Shown one piece after another: positions 16,482 to 25,380 of a stretch of DNA of 64,000 nt; the first letter of the stretch is position 1, and each line of letters starts with the position of its first letter. Where the stretch lies: assembly GCA_963696805.1 (NCBI GenBank), contig CAVOLF010000005.1, positions 526,582 to 590,581 on the forward strand, read 5' to 3'. Source of the DNA: an uncultured Rikenellaceae bacterium. GTDB lineage: Bacteria > Bacteroidota > Bacteroidia > Bacteroidales > VadinHA17. Position numbers and translations under genes: made by a program. A model generated the notes under the pieces. That model worked only from the letters and a program-made list of their open reading frames with translations. It had not been told where the DNA came from and made no database searches.

Positions 16482-18713
16482 TCAGAACATGAAAGTATAT
16501 GTATACTTAAGTAGCACAGTCCTTCCTGCAGAATATGGCAGTCTGGGATTTTCCCGTGCCAGATTTGAATTAAGCCCTTCATCATAGACTATATAGAAAT
16601 CGTTGCCTTCACGGGGGTTATACCTGAACCTCACATTTGTCACTATCTTATTTACAGCAGTATTATACTGGACAAATGCCGTAAGAGAAGTTTTTGTTGT
16701 CACCGTCAGCAATCCCCTGACACCAAGGATGTGATTCGTGAAACTCATATCCCTCGAGGAGAAATTAACATAGTCAAGGTAATAGGTCAGTCCAAGGTCA
16801 AACCCTGCACCAATGCTGAGTCTGGGGCTTGCAGATAAGGAAATCTTCCATCCATCATAGAATCTTCCGGCTTCAGCAGTGAACTCGGAAGAAAGGGCAT
16901 GAGCGCTGGAAGTCCCGTACATAGCACTGATATATGTAAATGAATACCTCCCGGGGGGAGCTGTAGCCTGGTCATTTCCCAGAGAGAGGGTGTCATAAAT
17001 ATCTTCGATAAACCAGTTGGCGGCAATGTTCCCGTAGAAGCCTTTTTTTGCCTCGAAACTCCATTTCAAAATCCCGTTGTCTGTCTCATGCAATCCGGTT
17101 AATGTATTCCAGAAATTATAGGCAGTCAGAGAAACATTGTGGTACCTGATAAAAATATCGCCTTCCGGTAACCATCCGTACTGCAAAATTGCCCTTATTC
17201 CCTGGTAATTGTCCTTTAACTCAAATCCGATACCCGGATTAAACTGCGCCCCTGACCAGGTGTAAACAAGATCATAGGCAAATCCCTCTATTTTCCTTCT
17301 CTGCCATTCAAACAGGAAGCGGGAGGGAGAAATGTCAAATACCTTATTGACAGAATCATTCTCGAATGTCTGTGCCCATTTAATCGTCATAAATTCGTCG
17401 CCAACTACGCGGAACTGACCGTCAAGTCCGTATGCCACATTGTAACTGCCGTCAGTTCCGAGTCTGCTTGTGACCATTCCGCCTACAAATGAATTCTGGT
17501 TGAAGAGACTTCTTTTTGTTCTGAAGATCCCGAAGTTTTCTGACGGATTCTCCTCAAAGCGTGCTGTCTGCATATCCAGTATTCCGATGTCCCATTTATT
17601 TATTCTTCCGGTCATCCGGACGCCGCCGTAGATCCTGACGGGGTTGCCGTCAAACAATCCTATCATGCGACTGTAGAACAAGTTGTTTCCTCCGAGGAAA
17701 GAAAAATCAAAGACATCAGCCTTTTCCTGGAAGAATACTCTCTTTTCAGGAAAATATAGGGAGTAGCGGGTAAGATTAATTTTCTGGTCATCGGCCTCAA
17801 CCTGGGCAAAATCTGTATTCAGGGTCACATCAAGAGTGATATTGTTTGTGAGACTGTATTTCGCGTCAAGTCCTGCATCATATTTGGGACTTGTTGCCAT
17901 CTCATATTCGTGGCTTTCATCATTGAATTCATTCACCTGACCAATGCCTCCGGTGACATAAGGAGTAATATAAACTGGTTTTTCAGGCTTGAGGCCACTG
18001 AATTCTATTAACGTGGTCATCGAAGGTTTCCACAAAGAGTTTGCAATATCAGGGGGAATTTCCGGAAAACAGATCCATTCCGATTTGGCAGGACTGTAAT
18101 TAACAACTGTCAGGCCCATGCAGGTTTTATTTTCCTTAACCTGGAACCTCAGGCTTGAAAAAGGAATTCTCATTTCAGTTGACCAACCTTTTTCATTTAT
18201 TAAAGATTTCACATCCCAGAAGGTATTCCAGCTGAAATTCATATCAGTATTTGAGTCCACCATATCATTCTGAAGCGTTCCTTCAGTACGCAATCCGTTG
18301 GGATTTGTCCAGAACATCACGGCATTTTGCCTGTCGTTGAAAGTATCAATTAGTACTCCTATCCAGTCGCATTTAGGGAAAGCGTAATCCCTTTTCTTGC
18401 TGAAAGCCCTTAAATCATCAGGATTTTTAAAGTTAAATATACCGGAGACGTATAAATAATCATTATCATAAGCGATCTTAATCACAGATATTTCTGTCGG
18501 CTCGTTTCCATATACAGGCATATGCATAACCAGGGGCAACGCCGCAATTATCTGCCATGCTTCTTCATCGGGAACACCGTCGAAGACCAACTCTCCCGAC
18601 AACCTTGGCACAACCATTGGTTCCTGTGACCAGACATTCACACAAGAAAGCAGCAGCAATCCCTGAAAAACTCTTTTCAAAAAACCCATACTTATGTTTG
18701 CAATCTTCTTCAT
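16482..18713 (-). CDS. Large outer-membrane protein, CBM9-like N-terminus plus beta-barrel-like C-terminus (DUF5916-like)
   Basis: 743 aa with a signal peptide. The N-terminal LSGELVFDGVPDEEAW...YDNDYLYV resembles CBM9-type modules. The Tyr/Gly-rich beta sequence ends YTYTFMF with a terminal Phe. Confidence 0.7.
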   Translation of the reverse strand: MKKIANISMGFLKRVFQGLLLLSCVNVWSQEPMVVPRLSGELVFDGVPDEEAWQIIAALPLVMHMPVYGNEPTEISVIKIAYDNDYLYVSGIFNFKNPDDLRAFSKKRDYAFPKCDWIGVLIDTFNDRQNAVMFWTNPNGLRTEGTLQNDMVDSNTDMNFSWNTFWDVKSLINEKGWSTEMRIPFSSLRFQVKENKTCMGLTVVNYSPAKSEWICFPEIPPDIANSLWKPSMTTLIEFSGLKPEKPVYITPYVTGGIGQVNEFNDESHEYEMATSPKYDAGLDAKYSLTNNITLDVTLNTDFAQVEADDQKINLTRYSLYFPEKRVFFQEKADVFDFSFLGGNNLFYSRMIGLFDGNPVRIYGGVRMTGRINKWDIGILDMQTARFEENPSENFGIFRTKRSLFNQNSFVGGMVTSRLGTDGSYNVAYGLDGQFRVVGDEFMTIKWAQTFENDSVNKVFDISPSRFLFEWQRRKIEGFAYDLVYTWSGAQFNPGIGFELKDNYQGIRAILQYGWLPEGDIFIRYHNVSLTAYNFWNTLTGLHETDNGILKWSFEAKKGFYGNIAANWFIEDIYDTLSLGNDQATAPPGRYSFTYISAMYGTSSAHALSSEFTAEAGRFYDGWKISLSASPRLSIGAGFDLGLTYYLDYVNFSSRDMSFTNHILGVRGLLTVTTKTSLTAFVQYNTAVNKIVTNVRFRYNPREGNDFYIVYDEGLNSNLARENPRLPYSAGRTVLLKYTYTFMF

Positions 18714-18868
18714 TGTTAGAACCTGGGAATATTGATTATTGCAGTATTATTTTTACCGGGGAAGAGATGAAAAGTAAAATTAGACTATTATGATACTTAA
18801 GTCAAATTTTTTTGCCACAGGCCAATCGCTCTGAGCTCAAGGCCCCTGGTTTTTATTATTTTCACATT

Positions 18869-19558
18869 ATGAAAAAACTTGTAATGCTTACAGGCGCCGG
18901 TATGAGCGCCGAGAGCGGAATAAGAACGTTCCGCGACAGCGGCGGACTCTGGGAGCAATACCGCGTTGAAGAAGTTGCATCAATTGATGCGTGGCATCGC
19001 AATCCCGACCTGGTCCAGAGGTTTTACAATGAGCGCCGGAGGCAGCTGGAGAAGGCTGAGCCCAATACAGGGCATACAGGACTGGCAGCCCTGGAGAAGT
19101 TATTTGACGTGCATATTATTACCCAGAATGTCGATAACCTTCATGAGCGGGCCGGCAGCACGAAAGTGCTCCACCTGCATGGCCAGCTGACCCAGGCACG
19201 GAGCAGTAACAATCCCAGCGGCATCATTGACATTGGCTTCCGGGATATACTACCGGGTGAAAAGGCACCCGACGGTTCACCGCTTCGTCCGAACATAGTC
19301 TGGTTCGGCGAGGCTGTCCCGGCAATGGAGAAGGCAGCGGATATAGCATCCTATGCCGATATATTTGCTGTGATAGGGACCTCACTGAATGTTTATCCGG
19401 CGGCTGGATTAATTCACTATGTGGCAATGATCACACCCCTGTTTATTATCGACCCAAAACCGGTGACGGTATATACTGATCATACCATTGATTATATAAC
19501 CGAAGGAGCCGGCAGGGGAGTGGCGATACTGACAGAAAAACTGCAAGCTTTTCTTTAA
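18869..19558 (+). CDS. Sir2-family NAD-dependent protein deacylase (no zinc-ribbon cysteines)
   Basis: GAGMSAESGIRTFRD, QNVDNLHERAG, LHLHG and RPNIVWFGE. The start is taken at ATG 18869 (MKKLVMLTGAG) rather than the TTG at 18812. Confidence 0.85.
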   Translation: MKKLVMLTGAGMSAESGIRTFRDSGGLWEQYRVEEVASIDAWHRNPDLVQRFYNERRRQLEKAEPNTGHTGLAALEKLFDVHIITQNVDNLHERAGSTKVLHLHGQLTQARSSNNPSGIIDIGFRDILPGEKAPDGSPLRPNIVWFGEAVPAMEKAADIASYADIFAVIGTSLNVYPAAGLIHYVAMITPLFIIDPKPVTVYTDHTIDYITEGAGRGVAILTEKLQAFL

Positions 19559-19618
19559 AGTCAAAAGACACAAGTCGAAAATCAAAGGTTAAAAATCAAA
19601 ACTAAAAAGTCAAAAGGC
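19559..19618. repeat. Degenerate ~9-bp periodic A-rich array (AGTCAAAAG / AGTCGAAAA units)
   Basis: AGTCAAAAGACACAAGTCGAAAATCAAAGGTTAAAAATCAAAACTAAAAAGTCAAAAGG lies between convergent genes. Its reverse complement contains GATTTTCGACTT, related to GGACTTTCGACTT at 46039-46051. Confidence 0.4.
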
Positions 19619-19627
19619 AAGTTGCTG

Positions 19628-20050
19628 TTAGATCTTCTTAAGAGCACTTATCCGTTCACGGATCAACTTCATCTTGTCAAGACGCTCCATGGAGAGCGTT
19701 TTCTGCCTGGTATCAATGAACTCAAACAACATAAGCGACTTTTCTGAGTATGCCAGGCAGTCAGCCCCGTGGCCCTGCGCCATTAAAAGCTCGGCCTCCG
19801 CGTTGAAAAGTTCAGCCAGGATCTCAAGGTGACCGTTGGTGTAGTTATGCTTTTCAAGAAGCACATCAGTAAGCTTGTCACGTGGAATTGAACGGAAGAA
19901 CGCAGCATCCTCCTTCAGCATGTCGTAATAGATACGCTCAAGTTTTTCTGATGCCTGGTTATAATCGCCTTTTTTTACGAGACCGAATATTGCCGCCAGA
20001 AGGTCGCCAAGCATCTCGATCATGCGAAGGATGTAGTCTTTCTGGTACAT
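19628..20050 (-). CDS. Hypothetical helical protein
   Basis: 140-aa ORF with coding-like composition (MYQKDYILRMIEMLGDLLAAIFGL...). No motif recognised. Confidence 0.55.
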   Translation of the reverse strand: MYQKDYILRMIEMLGDLLAAIFGLVKKGDYNQASEKLERIYYDMLKEDAAFFRSIPRDKLTDVLLEKHNYTNGHLEILAELFNAEAELLMAQGHGADCLAYSEKSLMLFEFIDTRQKTLSMERLDKMKLIRERISALKKI

Positions 20051-20246
20051 GTTGGCAAGTTACATATAATCAGGGAAAGGGTATCGGGCAATCGTGGGGG
20101 ATAAGGTAAGGCAGAGAAGATTTTGGAGAAAGAAACCGAAGATTGCTTTGGTATTGCGAACTGTTAATTAATGCTAAACATATGCCCGGGAGAGGCTTGG
20201 TTTTATGATTATGTCTAAATTCCCGGTCGAAATCTGAAAAAAAACG

Positions 20247-21800
20247 ATGAAAAAGATCCTCCTCACACTGGTGGCAATACTGATCTTTGCCGGCGCTTCC
20301 GACGCACAGCACAACAAGGTCACAGACCGCATCATTGAACTAGGCACTGCCGATAACCAGGTCATGCACCATCTTGACATCATTTCAAACCGGTTCGGTG
20401 GAAGGCTCATAGGCTCGGATGCTTATGAAAATGCAGCTGAATGGTGTGCTTCTGAATTCAGGAAGTGGGGTATGGAGGTGATCATGGAAGAGGCCGGAAC
20501 GGTGCCGGTAGGATTTAACCGGGGACCATGGTTCGGCAGGATGCTGTCGGATAACGGGATGATTCTCCATTTTGCCACACCCTCCTATACCTCAGGCACT
20601 AAAGGTGTTCAGCGCGGACATGTTCTGCCGGAGCCAAAGAGCAAGGAAGAGTTTGACCGGATGAAGGGTGCTCTAAAGGGTGCATGGGTTCTCATAGGAG
20701 GAAAGAACAACGGATGGCCGATCGACTGGTCGCAGAGCGCAGATTCTGCCAGGGCTCTGATCATGGTATATAATGATTCAGTAGCAAAAATCAACCGCGA
20801 GATCATGCGCGAGAACATGATGAACAGGACCAATCCCCCGAAAGAGCTGCACCCTCTGAAGGAAGAACCGGCCCTGTTCTACAGGGAGATGCGTGAAGCC
20901 GGGATACTGGGTGTGATACAGTCGTCAGAGGTGCCCATCAGGGTTCTGTATGACAGGAAGAACCTTGACAGGATGACCTTTGAGACCCTCCCGACAGTGT
21001 GTGACATAAAGCTTGATGAGGATCAGTATGAGGTGATAGCGGAGATGGCCCGTGAGAGGCAGTATTTCCTTCTGGAGTTCGATATTCGCAACCATTTCAA
21101 GCCGGGTCCTGTCAAATATTATAATGTGATTGGCATGATCAAGGGGAGTAAGTACCCCAATGAATACGTGATGCTCGGCGGGCATCTTGATGCATTCGAT
21201 GTGGCAACGGGAGGCGTAGATGACGGATCAGGACTGAGCCCGACGATGGAGGTGGCGCGGCTGATAATGGCAGCCGGAGGAAAGCCTGAGCGAACCATCC
21301 TCGCATGCCTCTGGGCAGGGGAGGAGTTCGGTCTGCTGGGGTCAAAGCACTGGGTCGAGAGCAACAAGGATAAGTTGCCGAAGATTTCCAACTATTTCAA
21401 TCGTGACGGAGGGCCAACACCGATAATGGGTATTACTGTTCCGGAGGCCATGTATGACGATTTTGAAAAGATATGCAAGCCGCTCAACAGTATCAACCCG
21501 GATTTCCCCTTCACCCTTAAGAAGCGCACCGATGCGCCCCGTCCGCGTCCTGCCACTGCCGGCGGATCTGATCATGCCCATTTCGCTATGAACGGTGTTC
21601 CTACGCTTCGCTTTGATGAGTCTGACGCAAAGGGCTATAACTTCAATTACGGTGAGATATGGCATACCGAGCGCGACACCTATGACAAGAGCATTGCGGA
21701 ATATCAGGAGCATACCTCTGTCGTCACTGCTGTTATCGTGTATGGGCTGGCCAATCTAGATCATCTTCTGTCAAGAGAGGGGCTCTATGCCGATAAATAG
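20247..21800 (+). CDS. M28 family metallo-aminopeptidase, secreted
   Basis: Signal MKKILLTLVAILIFAGASDA. Metal-ligand text GGHLDAFDVATGGVDDGSG, WAGEEFGLLGS and GGSDHAHF is typical of M28. Confidence 0.85.
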   Translation: MKKILLTLVAILIFAGASDAQHNKVTDRIIELGTADNQVMHHLDIISNRFGGRLIGSDAYENAAEWCASEFRKWGMEVIMEEAGTVPVGFNRGPWFGRMLSDNGMILHFATPSYTSGTKGVQRGHVLPEPKSKEEFDRMKGALKGAWVLIGGKNNGWPIDWSQSADSARALIMVYNDSVAKINREIMRENMMNRTNPPKELHPLKEEPALFYREMREAGILGVIQSSEVPIRVLYDRKNLDRMTFETLPTVCDIKLDEDQYEVIAEMARERQYFLLEFDIRNHFKPGPVKYYNVIGMIKGSKYPNEYVMLGGHLDAFDVATGGVDDGSGLSPTMEVARLIMAAGGKPERTILACLWAGEEFGLLGSKHWVESNKDKLPKISNYFNRDGGPTPIMGITVPEAMYDDFEKICKPLNSINPDFPFTLKKRTDAPRPRPATAGGSDHAHFAMNGVPTLRFDESDAKGYNFNYGEIWHTERDTYDKSIAEYQEHTSVVTAVIVYGLANLDHLLSREGLYADK

Positions 21801-21858
21801 TGGCGGCACTTTGCTGTAATGCTTAATATTCATACTTTTATAGAGTAGCTGTTACTCT

Positions 21859-22858
21859 ATGAACTGTTTTCTTACCGGCTCCAACGGCTTTATAGGAATG
21901 AGGCTGACAGAAAGGCTGTCAGCCGACGGGAATTCTGTAAGATGCCTGGTACGTTCGCAGGAAAAATTCCGGTCGCTTTCGCACCTCCACAATGTCACTC
22001 CTGTTATCGGAGACCTTGAAGACATAACGGTTCTGAAGGAGGGGCTAAAGGGTTGTGATACCGTATTTCATCTTGCCGCCTTTGCAAAGCCATGGTCAAA
22101 GGATAAGAGTCTGCCTTACAGGATCAATGTCACCGGCACTGAGAATATGCTTAAAACTTCACTCGCGGCGGGAGTAAAGCGTTTCGTCTTTACTTCATCA
22201 GCGGCTGTGATTGGTCCTTCGCCCGGTATTGAACCCATTGATGAGGATTTTCCGCGGACTGTTCCCTGGTTCAATGAGTATGAGGAGACCAAGGCTAAGG
22301 CTGAAGAGCTGGTCAGGTCATATAACAGGGATGGTCTTTAGACCATAATTGTCAACCCGACGCGTGTTTACGGACCCGGGGCGCTTAGTGAGAGCAACGC
22401 AGTTACCCGGATGATAAAACTGTATGCACTTGGTAAGTGGCATATTATTCCCGGTGACGGGAAATGCATCGGAAATTATGTGCTGGTTGACGATGTTGTC
22501 AACGGACATATACTGGCTGCCATCAGGGGTCGGCCGGGTGCACCGGTACGCATTGGGAGGCGACAACCTGACCTTTGATCAGTTCTTTGAGACGCTGACA
22601 GAGGTGACCGGCAAGCGCTCATGGCTCATCCATCTGCCTGTCCGGCTTATGATTACGGCGGCAAAGATTATGGAGTGGCAGGCATCGGTTACCGGCATTC
22701 CGCCGCTCATTACTGCACCGTGGGTGAAGAAATACCTCAATCACTGGAGTCTGAGCAGTCAGAAGGCAGAGAACGATTTCGGTTACACGCATACACCATT
22801 CAGGGATGGAGCCCTGCTCACACTCGAATGGCTAAAAGAACAGGGTGGGCTTAAATGA
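21859..22858 (+). pseudogene. NAD-dependent epimerase/dehydratase (extended SDR), disrupted by an in-frame TAG and a frameshift
   Basis: N-terminal Rossmann text FLTGSNGFIGMRL. The frame-1 ORF stops at TAG 22339-22341 (..YNRDGL*), but the same frame continues with family-typical TIIVNPTRVYGPG...NYVLVDDVVNGHILA. Around 22540-22545 the homology moves to frame 2 (RYALGGDNLTFDQFF...). Confidence 0.75.
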
Positions 22859-22895
22859 AAGATTCGGCAACCCCTGGTTGCACCCTGTTAAATCC

Positions 22896-24784
22896 CTACT
22901 TTCCGGACGGTGTTATGAATGTTCTGTCGGCCGAATAGGTTGTTCCCAGCGAATTTACTGCCTTGATCCTGAAATGGTATGTGTTCCTGGTTCCAGTCCA
23001 TCAATGTATGGCTGACGACTATAATCACCGTTGTCAGCTCCAAGAGTACCCGGAGAGGCACGACTGTCTGTCCATAGCTTGCGGTAAGGCCGTATTCGAA
23101 GGTTACCGTTGTTTCTGGCCCAGTTGGGGTTGACGGTACCATAGAGCCATGCTGCTGATCCCGCTTTGGAACTGCATCGAGGATCTGTATAGCTGCAGGT
23201 TTGTCTCCAAAGGTCGTGAAGGTTCTGTCGGCACTGTAAGTTGTTCCCAGTGAATTTACTGCCTTGACCCTGAAATGGTATGTTTTTCCGGGCTCCAGTC
23301 CATCAATATATGGCTGACGCTATAATCACCATTGTCAGCTCCAAGGAGTACCCGGAGAGGCCGCGACAGATTGTCCGTAGCTTGCGGTAAGGCCGTATTC
23401 GAAAGTGACCGTTGTTTCGGCCCAGTTGGGGTTGACGGTACCATAGAGCCATGCTGATGATCCCGCTTTGGAATCAGCATCGAGGATCTGTAGGCTGTAG
23501 GTTTGTCACCAGAGGTCTTGAAGGTTCTGTCGGCACTGTAAGTTGTTCCCAGCGAATTTACTGCCTTGACCCTGAAATGGTATGTTTTTCCGGGTTCCAG
23601 TCCATCAATGTATGGCTGACGACGCTATAATCACCATTGTCAGCTCCAAGGAGTACCCGAGAAGCCGCGACAGTTTGTCCATAGCTTGCGGTCAGGCCGT
23701 ATTCGAAAGTGACCGTTGTATCTGCCCAGTTGGGATTGACGGTGCCATGAGAGCCATGCTGTTGATCCCGCTCTGGAATCAGCATCGAGGGTCTGTAGGC
23801 TGTAGGTTTGTCACCAGAGGTCTTGAATGTTCTGTCGGCACTGTAAGTTGTTCCCAGGGAATTTACTGCCTTGACCCTGAAATGGTATGTTTTTCCGGGC
23901 TCCAGTCCATCAATGTATGGCGTGACGCTATAATCACCATTGACAGCACCAAGAGAACCCGGGAAGCTGCGACAGTTTGTCCATAGCTTGCGGTGAGGCC
24001 GTATTCGAAAGTGACCGTTGTTTCTGCCCAGTTGGGATTGACGGTTCCATGAGAGCCATGCTGCTGATCCCGCTTTGAATCCGCATCAGGGTCTGAATAG
24101 CTGTAGGTTTATCACCGGTTGTCACAATGGTCTCATCATTGCCGTAATTCACCCCGGCGCTGTTTGTTGCATAGGCCCGGACGTGATATGTTAGACCCGA
24201 TGTCAAGTCCGGTAATGGTACTTGTGAATGTACCGGTACCGGTGCCTTCGGTTGTTTTGTTGTCGTTGACTGTCGGGTTGGCATTTAGTCCCCAGCAGAT
24301 TCCCCGTGCTGTTACCAGTGCACCCCCGTCGGATGCTATATGTACCGCTGACAATGGCAGTTGTTCCTACAACTGAGACAACAGTGGTTGTTACTGTTGC
24401 AAGGGAAACAGCAGTGGTGGAAAAGGTAACTTCGTTGCCGTATCCGGTGCCTGCTTCATTTGTTGCATAGGCTCTGACATAGTAGGGGGTGCCGGGAGTT
24501 AGCTGTGTCAGGTTGCTTGAAAATGACCCTGTAGCATTGCCATCAGAGGTTTTACTGCTCGAAACAGTAGGATTTGCCGAGGTATTCCAGCAAACACCTC
24601 TGGCAATAATGTCAGCACCTCCGTCGCCCGTAACGTTACCCCCGGAGGTGGCGGTTGTATATGTAATGGCGGAGACATTTGTGGTAGTTACTGAGGGGGG
24701 AGTTGGCTTACTGCAGGATACAAGGTAAATTGCTGAAAGAATAAACACAACTAAGATCGGTGGCAATGTCATCGAAGTTTTCAT
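22896..24784 (-). pseudogene. Surface lipoprotein with two Fn3/Ig-like domains plus four tandem Fn3-like repeats, multiply frameshifted
   Basis: Lipobox AIYLVSCSK. Domain text (GVCWNTSANPTV..YYVRAYATN; TVNPNWA.TTVTFEYGLTASYGQTV...YIDGLEPGKTYHFRVKAVNSLGTTYSADRTFKT) can be followed only by switching frame about 12 times. It is spread over five track ORFs: 24203-24784, 24136-24354, 23934-24284, 23558-23785 and 23256-23480, plus 22888-23142. Confidence 0.7.
22917..24116. repeat. Four tandem ~302-bp repeats (coding-derived)
   Basis: The anchor TTCTGTCGGC recurs at 22922, 23223, 23525 and 23830, giving periods of 301, 302 and 305 bp. None is a multiple of 3. Copies are visibly highly similar. Confidence 0.9.
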
Positions 24785-24996
24785 AAGGCAGGCGTTTATC
24801 TTAATAATATTGAGTTATACAGGAAAAGAAATATAAATTTAGTCCTTATTGAAGGCGAAGTCAAATTTATTTACAATGGTTTCTTTTTGCGGGTTACCTT
24901 CCAGGAGAAATTATACTCCTCACGATGAACTGTTGATCCTTCGGAATTGTCAACGATCTTTTTTCCATCACCGCATTTACACTGTCAAAGGTTTAG

Positions 24997-25326
24997 TTAT
25001 TTGTTATTCTTTTTTGCCCGGCCCAGGGTCCAGTTCCACGTTGAGCCGGGATACATGCCTGAAGGGGCAGTAACTGCCTGGTTACCTATTACCGGCCGGG
25101 ACCAGTGTCCGGTGACAATGTTTCCGTCAGACGAGCCATCCACTTCAAAAGTGGCAGAACAACGCCAGCCATTTTCTGCTTCCATCTCTATTTTCACTCC
25201 CCTTGAGGTAGTTATCTCGGTTGTGCCTTTGATTGTAGGGAAATAGACTTCAAATTGAAGCCTGTAGCTTTGCTTCCGCGGAACGATAGTCAGCAAAATA
25301 TTTGATCCACTCTCAGGCTTCATCAT
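24997..25326 (-). CDS. Hypothetical beta-rich protein, or C-terminal piece of the upstream ORF
   Basis: 109-aa ORF (MMKPESGSNILLTIVPRK...). It is in the same frame as the 519-aa ORF and is separated from it by a single TAA plus 18 sense codons. Confidence 0.5.
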   Translation of the reverse strand: MMKPESGSNILLTIVPRKQSYRLQFEVYFPTIKGTTEITTSRGVKIEMEAENGWRCSATFEVDGSSDGNIVTGHWSRPVIGNQAVTAPSGMYPGSTWNWTLGRAKKNNK

Positions 25327-25380
25327 TTCATCACCCTGCCAGGTATCAACGTTTTTTGTCCAGTGCCCATTTGTTATCAG

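Noticed and set aside
22339-22341. Stop-codon reassignment (TAG or TAA read as sense) as an explanation for the in-frame stops at 22339 and 25381.
   Set aside because: TAG and TAA terminate many genes here exactly at family-typical C-termini, including HAL, the cytochrome-FGE fusion, the M1 peptidase, GH20 and the P-type ATPase. The SDR gene also needs a frameshift, which recoding cannot fix.
22917-24116. Whether the regular ~300-bp repeats could be a CRISPR-like or satellite array.
   Set aside because: The units are contiguous with no unique spacers, are ten times longer than CRISPR repeats, and clearly derive from Fn3-like coding sequence. No cas genes are in the window.
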